A stretch of DNA of 64,000 nucleotides from Candidatus Latescibacterota bacterium (lineage in GTDB: Bacteria > Latescibacterota > UBA2968 > UBA8231). Below are positions 55,964-64,000 of this stretch, one piece after another (the stretch's first letter is position 1; each line of letters starts with the position of its first letter). The notes beneath the pieces are model-generated. The model saw only the letters and a list, made by a program, of their open reading frames with translations, had not been told where the DNA came from and made no database searches. The position numbers and the translations under genes were made by a program. The stretch is from positions 5,984,001 to 6,048,000 of the forward strand of contig OZ244561.1 of NCBI GenBank assembly GCA_965217585.1. Reading direction: 5' to 3'.

Positions 55964-57925
55964 ATGAGAAAGTGGAACCGTGCAGTTGCTTTAGTGGGAG
56001 CCTTGGTCATCGCCAGCGCGGCAGTGGCCCAGGACGAAATAGTGCCGAGGTGGGATCCGAACAACTGGAATAGCGGCGATCCCACGCCGATGTCGCTAGA
56101 AGTGACAGAAAGTCTGCCGACTTATAGCGGCAGTGGTTCGGTGGAGATTCCCTTTACCATCGACCAGCCCGCGGCCGTGCATGTGGCCGTCTACTCCACC
56201 GGGGCCAATCCCGCGCCGCGGCCCTTCATCCGCGACCAGCGCACCTTTGGCTATGACGGCCACTGGGATGGGGTCAACCAAGTCTATGTGGGCACCGAGG
56301 GCGGCATTGCCCGCGGTGAGAATACCTTTATGGACACGATGGTGTGGCGCTCCCCGGACGAAAATCTCTACTTCGATGCGGGTTCGCACACGATCACTTG
56401 GCCCGGGATCGATATGAACAGCAACCAGATGCCGGCGGGTGACTATACATTCTACGTTCTCACCTTCAACGACCAGAGCGTCACTACCGTGGGTCGGGCG
56501 GCCGCGCAGTGGGGGGTGGAGTGGGAGATCAACTTCGACGCCGATCCGCCGGAAATCTGGGGCTGGGCCACGTTCGCCGACGGCAGTGATGCAGCCTTGA
56601 ACAGTACCTTTATAAAGAGCACCATTGGCACGGACTGGCGTTCCAGCCCAGATGCGTACGAGAGCTATACAGCCGGAGAGGTGTACACCGCCATCGCCAC
56701 GGCCAATGGCAACCCCGAGGGCGTGATCACTCAGTGGGGTTTCCTGATGGATCCGCGCGCCAAAGGCCGCGATTTCTACCTCACCGATTTCACCGGGCCG
56801 GCCCCGGGGCTCACTAAGGTGCGGCTGAACGACGACGGAGTAGTCGAAGCGGTTAGCGAATTCGGCGAAAACGGGTACGTGTTCCAGCCGGCGCGGACCT
56901 ACCAGGTCGAGTGGGTATTTGACCAGCTCATCAATATCGACGCCAACCGGACGGATCTCGTTGACGAGGTGATCTACAGCGATCCAGATACAGGAGAGCG
57001 CCTACGCGCCCACGATTTCACCGAGGTCTTCGGCGGCGAGGTCCTGCGCGACGACGAGCCGGTTCCCTTTGTGGGCGGCATGTCCTCCTTTGCCGTCAAT
57101 GAGAACGGGATCTGGGCCACGTCGCACTCGTCGCGCAGCTTCCACGTGTTGCGCGCCGATCACGATGGCAAGGAGATCTGGGTCAATGCCAACGGCGACG
57201 GCTGGATCGACACCATCTTGTGGGACCACGACGACGACCCGGAGACGGGTGTGGAAATGATCATCGGTGACCACTGCAAGGACTCGGCGGTGGGGACCTT
57301 CGACATGTACTTCTGCTCGCCGGGCACCCGCGGTTCGGGCGAGGGCAGAGTGGGGATCGTACTGGGGCCCGACGGCAGCGGCTTCGCGCGCTTGAAGATC
57401 CGCAATGCAGTCAACCTGGAATCCGAGAATTCCAACGAGTTGCAGTACCACGAATTGGGCGGCCCGTACGATGGCTGGTACAAGTCCATAGGCCACGATC
57501 CCACCAAGCGCCAGGACCAGATCGAAGCGAACGAGTTGCCCTATGAGCCCGCGCCGGGTTGGGTCGTCCACATTCCGGGTCGGATCCGCAGGGGTAGCAT
57601 TGGCGACGATGGGACTGCCGTGTTAGCGGTAAGCGATAATACGCCCGATTCTTATAGCCTAGGCAACGCCTATCCCAACCCGTTCAACCCGGAGACTACC
57701 ATCGAGTTCAAGCTGCCGCAGGCCGGCCACTCCGTGCTTTCGGTTTACAACGCGGTCGGGCAGGAGGTGGTGAGACTGGCGGACGAGCTCCTCGAAGCTG
57801 GCGTGTACCAGGCCAATTGGGATGGACGCGACAAGAGCGGTCAGCAGGTCTCGAGCGGCGTGTATATGTACACGCTCAAGGTCGGGGACTTCGCAGAGAC
57901 CAAGCGCATGACGTTGTTGAAGTAA
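55964..57925 (+). CDS. Secreted acidic protein with C-terminal T9SS type A/FlgD-Ig sorting domain and a second N-terminal FlgD-Ig-like domain
   Basis: AAGGAGGAG SD; signal peptide (AAVA-Q); C-terminal YPNPFNPETTIEF...WDGRDKSGQQVSSGVYMYTL...KRMTLLK; N-terminal IPFTI...AGSHTITWPGIDMNSNQMPAGDYTF. Confidence 0.88.
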   Translation: MRKWNRAVALVGALVIASAAVAQDEIVPRWDPNNWNSGDPTPMSLEVTESLPTYSGSGSVEIPFTIDQPAAVHVAVYSTGANPAPRPFIRDQRTFGYDGHWDGVNQVYVGTEGGIARGENTFMDTMVWRSPDENLYFDAGSHTITWPGIDMNSNQMPAGDYTFYVLTFNDQSVTTVGRAAAQWGVEWEINFDADPPEIWGWATFADGSDAALNSTFIKSTIGTDWRSSPDAYESYTAGEVYTAIATANGNPEGVITQWGFLMDPRAKGRDFYLTDFTGPAPGLTKVRLNDDGVVEAVSEFGENGYVFQPARTYQVEWVFDQLINIDANRTDLVDEVIYSDPDTGERLRAHDFTEVFGGEVLRDDEPVPFVGGMSSFAVNENGIWATSHSSRSFHVLRADHDGKEIWVNANGDGWIDTILWDHDDDPETGVEMIIGDHCKDSAVGTFDMYFCSPGTRGSGEGRVGIVLGPDGSGFARLKIRNAVNLESENSNELQYHELGGPYDGWYKSIGHDPTKRQDQIEANELPYEPAPGWVVHIPGRIRRGSIGDDGTAVLAVSDNTPDSYSLGNAYPNPFNPETTIEFKLPQAGHSVLSVYNAVGQEVVRLADELLEAGVYQANWDGRDKSGQQVSSGVYMYTLKVGDFAETKRMTLLK

Positions 57926-57976
57926 GGGACAGCTAATAGATGGGCGCTTAGCGCGTCCGACTTGTAGGTTATTTGG

Positions 57977-58018
57977 AAATCAGGAAGGGATTTGCGCAAA
58001 TCCCTTCCTGATTTTTTT
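57977..58018 (+). terminator. Rho-independent terminator
   Basis: 38-bp perfect palindrome aaatcaggaagggatttgcgcaaatcccttcctgattt running into T7, about 50 nt after the stop at 57925. Confidence 0.8.
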
Positions 58019-61000
58019 ATGGCAGACAGATTTGATCACTTTGGGGTTAGGGTTTTGTCCAGCGGAAACGACAGGGGCCAGTACATCAGACCGATCCTGA
58101 TGACGCTCTTCCTCCTTTCTGGGGGGTGTGGGCTGATCTACCAAGTGGTCTGGATGCGCATGCTGGGATTCGCAATGGGCAGTACTGTGCTCGCAGTGAG
58201 CACCGTACTGACTGCGTTCATGGCGGGATTGGCCCTGGGAAGTTTCTCTTTTGGCCGCCTTATCGACCGCCGCGCAGATGCCCTGAAGGCCTATGCTTAC
58301 TTGGAAATAGGGATCGGGCTTTGCGGCTTGGCCATGCCGACATTGCTGCTGGGATTGAGTCCGATCTATGTCGGGATGACTCGTCTCCTGGGCGACTCTT
58401 ATGCGGCGCTTTCTCTGGCGCGCTTTGGTCTGTGCTTTGCGCTGCTGGTGGTTCCCACGACCCTGATGGGAGGTACCCTGCCCGTTCTCAGCAAGTTCTT
58501 CGTGGCGCGCAAGGAGGTGCTGGGCTGGAATGTCGGGGTGCTCTACGCGGTAAACACGCTGGGGGCCGTAATCGGCTGTTTTGCCGCCGGGTTTGTGCTA
58601 ATCGGGACTGTGGGGGTGGTGGAGACGGTCTACATCGCCGCCGTGCTCAATCTTCTCGTAGCTGCAGGAACCCTGGTGCTCAGAGCGGTTGCGCCGGATG
58701 CGGAGAGCGGCCTAGAGGCAGAGCCAGCAGGGCAAAAACAGGAGCAGCGTCCCAGACTTCCGGGCCTAGCGCTTTTAATTTTGTGTGCTTTCGGCCTTTC
58801 GGGCTTTGCGGCGCTGGGCTACGAGGTGATCTGGTCGCGGATTCTGGTATTCTTCGTGGGCAATTCGACCTATGCCTTCAGCGCTATGCTGACGACCTTC
58901 CTGTTGGGACTGGCCCTGGGTAGTTTTGTAGCTGGCAAGCTCGCAGATCGCAGGGGCGATCTGGTTGGGGCGTTCGGTGTGGTGGAGATACTCATCGGGT
59001 TATCGGCCCTGGTGGGCATGGTGCTCCTGAGGGGAACCATAGCGGCAGAGGGCCTCTGGGTGATGCAGGAACAGACGGCTTTTAGCTGGTACGGCGAGAT
59101 CGGGAAGATGTTTAAGGCGTCCTTCGCGGTTATGTTCGTCCCAACCTTGTTTATGGGAGCGACCTTTCCGCTGGCCAGCAAGGCCTACGTGCGCTCCGTC
59201 CAGGAAGTAGGACGGGATATCGGTGCCGTCTACTCGGTGAACACCTTGGGAGCCATCCTCGGGGCCTTTATCTCCGGTTTTGCCATCCTGTCCTGGCTCG
59301 GCGTGCAGGGAGCGATCATCTTCCTGGCCGCGATCAATGCTGTGGTGGGCTTGGTTATCCTCTTGGTCAATCGCACTTCGACGGCCAGGCTGCGCTTCGT
59401 CGTTGCGCCGCTTCTGGGGGCTGCGGTCTTTATCACCGCCATCTTCCTTCCATCCCACTTTGTGTTGCCGAGCGACTTCGAGGGCAAAGAGGACGCCGTG
59501 CTCTTCTACCAGGAAGATCGGGCCGGCACCGTCAAAGTCTATCGCAAGCCGGATGGCCATCTGCTCATCAGCGTCGATGGCAACACCATCGGGGATACGA
59601 GGGACGATCTGGATGCCAAGCAGCGCTTGTTGGCCCATCTGCCGCTCTTGCTGGCTCCCGATCCCAAATCGATTCTAGTGGTCGGCCTGGGCAGTGGCAT
59701 TACGGTGGGCGCCATGACTCTCTACGAAGAGGTCGAACTCATCGACTGTGTCGAGATCGTGCCGGGCGTGGTGGAAGGGGCCAAGTACTTCGAGGCCCAC
59801 AACCGCGGTGTACTTAAGAAACCACAGGTGAACGTGGCAGTCGCGGACGGCATCAACTATCTGCTGACCTCCGACGGGAAGTACGACGTAATCTCTTCGG
59901 ATGCCAAGCTCAATCCAGCCTATACGGGCAACGCGGTCTTCCTCTCAAGCGACTACTACCGCCTGTGCCTAGAACGGCTCTCGGAGGACGGCATGATGGT
60001 GCAGTGGATCCCGCTGCATCTGCCGCAGGACAGCTACCAGATGGTACTCAGGACCTTCGCCGAGGTCTTTCCATACGGGACGATCTGGTTCTTCCCCGGT
60101 AAACACACCATCCTGATCGGGACCCGGCACAAACTGGAGATCGACTTGGCGCGCTTGTGGCGGCGCTTGCAGGTATCCGAGGTGCGGGGGGACCTAGCGC
60201 GCTTTGGCCTGGACCATCCACTGGCGCTTCTGAGCGGCTACCGGGGAAAGCGTGCAGACATCCTCCGCTACGTCGGCAGCGGCGAATTGAGTAGCTGGAA
60301 TCATCCCTACATCGAGTTCCAGACGCCGCGGGGCCTGGCGCTTGCGACGGGAAAGAACCAAGCTGGCAACCTGCGCGGGATAAGACAGATCAGAGGAGAT
60401 ATTCGCTCGCATCTTACCACAACTGCCGAGCATGAATTCGAGCAGATCCGGGAGCAGTTGCAGCGCTATGTCCAATCGACCGAGCTGCTCATAGAAGGTC
60501 TGGCGCAAGCGCAAGAAAGTGGCCTGCTGAGCTATGGAGAGGCTTTCTTCCGGCAGATCCTGCGCTCCCACCCGGAGGACAGGCGGGCGCAATACTGGCT
60601 GGCCCGTTCCATGCGGGAGCGCAGAGATGTCCAGAAAGCTACAGCCGGGGTCAGAGACGCTAGAGCTTATATAGTGCTGGGCAACACTTTTTTGACAGAG
60701 GGTGCCTTCACCAAGGCGCTGGAGGCCTTTGCGCGGGCAACCGAGATAGAGCCGGAGAATGCCGTGGCGCACTACCACTTGGGGGTGGTCAGCGAATACA
60801 GCGACGAGGGCCGGCGCTACGGTCCAGGCTTTGCGCGTGCCCGCGCCATTGCCGCGTACGAAAAGGCGATCTCGATTCGGAAAGACTACGTCGAAGCCCA
60901 CTACAACCTCGGCGTGGTCTGTCAGCATAATGAAGAGGGGAAACGCTATGGACCGGGCGCGCAGGTCGAGCGCGCCAGCGCAATCTTCAAACGGGTCGTA

Positions 61001-61168
61001 GAGATGGCACCGATGCACGCCGCGGCGCACAACAACTTAGGGGCGATCTACTTTCACCAGAAACTCTATACCAAGGCGAGAGCCGCCTGGGAGCAAGCGC
61101 TCAAAGGCAATCCGAATCTGCGCTCAGCGCATATCAATCTGGGCCTTCTGGATGAGAGGGGATGGTGA
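58019..61168 (+). CDS. Fused MFS-like membrane domain / spermidine-synthase-like SAM-binding domain with C-terminal TPRs (copy 2)
   Basis: SGGCGLIYQVVWMR, LYAVNTLGA, VGLGSGIT, VEIVPGV, ADG, DVISSD; TPR tail. Start uncertain (58019, 58055 or 58100). Confidence 0.9.
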   Translation: MADRFDHFGVRVLSSGNDRGQYIRPILMTLFLLSGGCGLIYQVVWMRMLGFAMGSTVLAVSTVLTAFMAGLALGSFSFGRLIDRRADALKAYAYLEIGIGLCGLAMPTLLLGLSPIYVGMTRLLGDSYAALSLARFGLCFALLVVPTTLMGGTLPVLSKFFVARKEVLGWNVGVLYAVNTLGAVIGCFAAGFVLIGTVGVVETVYIAAVLNLLVAAGTLVLRAVAPDAESGLEAEPAGQKQEQRPRLPGLALLILCAFGLSGFAALGYEVIWSRILVFFVGNSTYAFSAMLTTFLLGLALGSFVAGKLADRRGDLVGAFGVVEILIGLSALVGMVLLRGTIAAEGLWVMQEQTAFSWYGEIGKMFKASFAVMFVPTLFMGATFPLASKAYVRSVQEVGRDIGAVYSVNTLGAILGAFISGFAILSWLGVQGAIIFLAAINAVVGLVILLVNRTSTARLRFVVAPLLGAAVFITAIFLPSHFVLPSDFEGKEDAVLFYQEDRAGTVKVYRKPDGHLLISVDGNTIGDTRDDLDAKQRLLAHLPLLLAPDPKSILVVGLGSGITVGAMTLYEEVELIDCVEIVPGVVEGAKYFEAHNRGVLKKPQVNVAVADGINYLLTSDGKYDVISSDAKLNPAYTGNAVFLSSDYYRLCLERLSEDGMMVQWIPLHLPQDSYQMVLRTFAEVFPYGTIWFFPGKHTILIGTRHKLEIDLARLWRRLQVSEVRGDLARFGLDHPLALLSGYRGKRADILRYVGSGELSSWNHPYIEFQTPRGLALATGKNQAGNLRGIRQIRGDIRSHLTTTAEHEFEQIREQLQRYVQSTELLIEGLAQAQESGLLSYGEAFFRQILRSHPEDRRAQYWLARSMRERRDVQKATAGVRDARAYIVLGNTFLTEGAFTKALEAFARATEIEPENAVAHYHLGVVSEYSDEGRRYGPGFARARAIAAYEKAISIRKDYVEAHYNLGVVCQHNEEGKRYGPGAQVERASAIFKRVVEMAPMHAAAHNNLGAIYFHQKLYTKARAAWEQALKGNPNLRSAHINLGLLDERGW

Positions 61169-61213
61169 ATATGCAAGAATTCTTGGACATGAAGAAAACA
61201 GCCATGCTGTGCT

Positions 61214-64000
61214 CTATTCTTTGTAGCCCAGAATGACGCGCATGAACATGGCGCTGGTCTTGCGGTTGCGGGCGCGCTGGCGCGGGTCGACAAATTGGAT
61301 CTGCTCAAATGTCAGTCCCGCATTCATAATGAGATCGTAGCCGAAGTACTCCGAGCGATTGCTGACAAAGAAGGTGTGGTTCTGGCGATTGAAACTGTTG
61401 GCTTGGTCGGTCAGATCCCTGACTTGGTATTTGAGCCCCTTGAGCGGGAATCCCTGAATCCCGCCTTTCACCGAGGTGCGCTCGGTAAGGCGATACTCGG
61501 CCTTCACAATGGGCATGAGCTGGCGCTCGTGTCCCAGCGGTACGGCGGTTTCGCGCCGCTCCTTTTTCAGGTAGAGCACCTTGAACTGCGGCATCACCCG
61601 CCAGCGCCGGCCTTTTAAGCCATAGCTGACCTTGTGTACCCCGGCCAAAAGGCGAAGGCGATCCCGGCGCTGGAAGGTGCCGTCCTCAAAGAGGGTGCGG
61701 CGCTGCTCGTTGAGCTCCAGCTTGATGCGGTTCTCTACCACCAGTCCGGCCAACGGCGTGGTGCGGCTTTCCAAGTAGGTGCGGTGCACTAGGCTGTTGC
61801 GGTATCTCAGTTCATCCGCCACGCGCCGGGAGCGAAACTGGGCAGAGTACCACTGACCCCCGGAGCTAAAGGAACGACTTGAGCCTTCGTTGAACTGCAC
61901 GGTCTCATCGGCAATATCGTCGCGCACCCGCTTGATCTCGTGCTCTACCCGGAACGCGCCGATTCCAAAGGCTGCCCCCTGGTAACTGGCGCGTCCGTAG
62001 ACCATGCGGTTGCGGTTCCCACCGGCGATTTGTTCGCTGTGCAGCCGCCCTAGGGTCAGGCGCAGATGCCGCAGCGGCTCGGCCCAACCCAGCAGGTGGC
62101 CTCCCTGCAGATCGCGGTCGTAGGGATATTCGGGGTCGAGATCGTCTTCGCGATAATCCGGCACGTCGTTGTTGTTCAGGTCGGCCCCATAGACGTAGTC
62201 GTCCGACTCGACATCGAACATCAAGAAAGGTTCCACATAGTCGGGAAGGGGGTTGTAGTTGCGGTTGGTATCGGGCAGGCCATCATGGTCCTCGTCTTTG
62301 CCGAGGAATACGCCGTCGGGGTCTTCTTCGCCGGCGAAAACGTCTCCGAGTACCATGCCCAGCCACACGTCTGGAAAGCGGTCGTGGTCGTCGTTGTCCT
62401 GCACTAGGTGGTAGATGCCGGTATTATTGGCAAAGCCCCACTCGTTGTAGGTTTCAAAGTCTTGCGGTATGTGGGCGAACATGGAGGTCTTGTAGGCCGG
62501 ATTCATGGAAAAAATCTCACCGCCCACTCCCCAGCGCTCGGCGTCTTTGGTGGCCACCAGGTACCAGGCCCGCGCTCGCTTGTCGTGCCGGGCGCCATCG
62601 AGTCCGGGATTGGGGTACTGGTTGTGTTCGACGCTGGTGGCCCATTCGCCGGCGATATCGAGGCCGAGAAAGTTCAGATTGGCGTTGACGCTGTAGAGGG
62701 ACAATCCGGTGGGTGCCCCGTACTTGACCTTTACCCAGCGCACATTAGAGAGGTCCTGGACATTGCCCGGTGCCCGGGCGACGACGCGAATGATTTCGGC
62801 GGTAAACTGGCGCTCGTACGGATCGCGGCTCCTTCCCTGCTGGTGCAACTCCGAGAGGCCTATCTGGTAGTCGTTGCCCACCAAAAAGCCCAATTCGACG
62901 GAATCGACCGCCTCGACATCGCGCATATCCAGATAGTAGATCAGGAAGTCGTCGCCATCTGCCCGGTGCACCTCGTCGGGCGGCAACAACTCGACGTTGG
63001 CGGTGAGGAGTGGGACGCTGACTCGCTTGCTCACATCTGTGCCGCGCAAATGGTCCTGCAAATAGAAATAATCGGCAAAGAGCGGAATCTCCAGAACCTG
63101 ATCTGCAACCCGAAAAAGAAAACCCCTGTGAGCCTCGTTCGGACTGGCCGTAGTGTAAAACCGCGAGGCATAGGCATTGGGCGAAAATCGGCCCGTCCCG
63201 GCACTGATGCGTCCCACCGCCGTCCGCACGGTCCTGTGGCGCACCACCTCGGGCCGCAGGTCGTCGCGCCGCTCGCCATTGACCCACACCGCCATATCGA
63301 AGACCACCGGCCCGCCGCGGCCGTCCTGCGGCGATTCGTCTGCTATTTTGATGGCCAAGATGTCCGCCGGGTCGCGGCTTATGGGCAGCGACCCCCGCAG
63401 TTCTTCTTTGCCTTGGGCGACGTTGGTGGAGTGGATGTTGACATACGTGGCACCGAGGCGGAGCAGTCCAAGGGCACGCTCGGCGTGTCCCCCTAGGATA
63501 TAGACCGGATTGAGGTCTCTGAACTCCTCGCCATCGTGTTCGCGGAAGGGGCCGTGGGGATAGCCAGGCCGGCTGACGCGCGAGCCGATGACCGAGATCT
63601 GGGTGCGCTCGGCCATCCAGTCCAGGCGCAGACCATTGAGTCCGGCCCAGTAGAAAGTCAGGGGCGTGAACATGGTGCGGATTTCATTGCCAAAGATGGC
63701 CCGCCCCGACCACCCGGCCGCGGCGTCGCTGGCCACTATCACGCGGTTGAAGATCGAGTAGTAGCGGTTGTCGCTCTTGAAGATCCAGCTATCGCTGCCC
63801 TGCTCCGCGGAGCGGTTTTCCTGCCACCAGGCCACGTCAAAGCCGCTGATCAGCCGGTCGCCCAAAGGTCCATAGTAGGTGCGGCGCGACGAGGTGTAGG
63901 GAGGGACCGCGTCGTCGTAGTTGGCAAAGGGCGTGTGGGCATAGCTGGCAAAAGCGGGGGCCGGGTCCAGCAGGAAGGGGTGATGAGCGGGGTAGATCTG
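61214..64000 (-). CDS. Uncharacterised exported protein, putative outer-membrane beta-barrel with Asp-rich loop (member 5); N-terminus beyond the window end
   Basis: Frame is open to 64000 (QIYPAHHPFLLDPAPAFASYAHTPFANY..., collinear with members 3 and 4). Same motifs; ends MFMRVILGYKE. Confidence 0.78.
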   Translation of the reverse strand, partial: QIYPAHHPFLLDPAPAFASYAHTPFANYDDAVPPYTSSRRTYYGPLGDRLISGFDVAWWQENRSAEQGSDSWIFKSDNRYYSIFNRVIVASDAAAGWSGRAIFGNEIRTMFTPLTFYWAGLNGLRLDWMAERTQISVIGSRVSRPGYPHGPFREHDGEEFRDLNPVYILGGHAERALGLLRLGATYVNIHSTNVAQGKEELRGSLPISRDPADILAIKIADESPQDGRGGPVVFDMAVWVNGERRDDLRPEVVRHRTVRTAVGRISAGTGRFSPNAYASRFYTTASPNEAHRGFLFRVADQVLEIPLFADYFYLQDHLRGTDVSKRVSVPLLTANVELLPPDEVHRADGDDFLIYYLDMRDVEAVDSVELGFLVGNDYQIGLSELHQQGRSRDPYERQFTAEIIRVVARAPGNVQDLSNVRWVKVKYGAPTGLSLYSVNANLNFLGLDIAGEWATSVEHNQYPNPGLDGARHDKRARAWYLVATKDAERWGVGGEIFSMNPAYKTSMFAHIPQDFETYNEWGFANNTGIYHLVQDNDDHDRFPDVWLGMVLGDVFAGEEDPDGVFLGKDEDHDGLPDTNRNYNPLPDYVEPFLMFDVESDDYVYGADLNNNDVPDYREDDLDPEYPYDRDLQGGHLLGWAEPLRHLRLTLGRLHSEQIAGGNRNRMVYGRASYQGAAFGIGAFRVEHEIKRVRDDIADETVQFNEGSSRSFSSGGQWYSAQFRSRRVADELRYRNSLVHRTYLESRTTPLAGLVVENRIKLELNEQRRTLFEDGTFQRRDRLRLLAGVHKVSYGLKGRRWRVMPQFKVLYLKKERRETAVPLGHERQLMPIVKAEYRLTERTSVKGGIQGFPLKGLKYQVRDLTDQANSFNRQNHTFFVSNRSEYFGYDLIMNAGLTFEQIQFVDPRQRARNRKTSAMFMRVILGYKE

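Noticed and set aside
55296-56085. ORFs spanning the AT-rich divergent intergenic region
   Set aside because: They overlap real genes, have atypical composition and coincide with probable promoter DNA.

Overview
GC-rich bacterial window with no rRNA, tRNA or CRISPR array that I can see. The gene content (FlgD-Ig/T9SS-type C-terminal sorting domains, sulfatases, many PhyH-family dioxygenases, DUF6785/6784-like membrane proteins, DUF4159) suggests an FCB-group or related candidate phylum such as Latescibacterota; this is inference only. Three paralog expansions dominate. (i) Four ~660-aa polytopic membrane proteins. (ii) Ten PhyH-type Fe(II)/2-oxoglutarate oxygenases, six lacking the canonical HxD iron motif: four HxA (HCARE), one HxG, one HxH, the first two resembling the halogenase signature. 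(iii) Five ~900-950-aa uncharacterised exported proteins with a conserved Asp/Asn-rich loop and beta-barrel-like C-termini. These occur in two loci, each beside a FlgD-Ig/T9SS-tailed secreted protein and a membrane-fused spermidine-synthase-like TPR protein, and are the best candidate for an undescribed envelope system. Mobile DNA comprises an intact IS4/IS701-like element, a tnpB-only IS200/IS605 element apparently inserted silently into a stop codon and carrying a nested MITE, and an IS5/IS1031-like MITE with REP-like palindromes. Family names come from motif recognition, not database searches.
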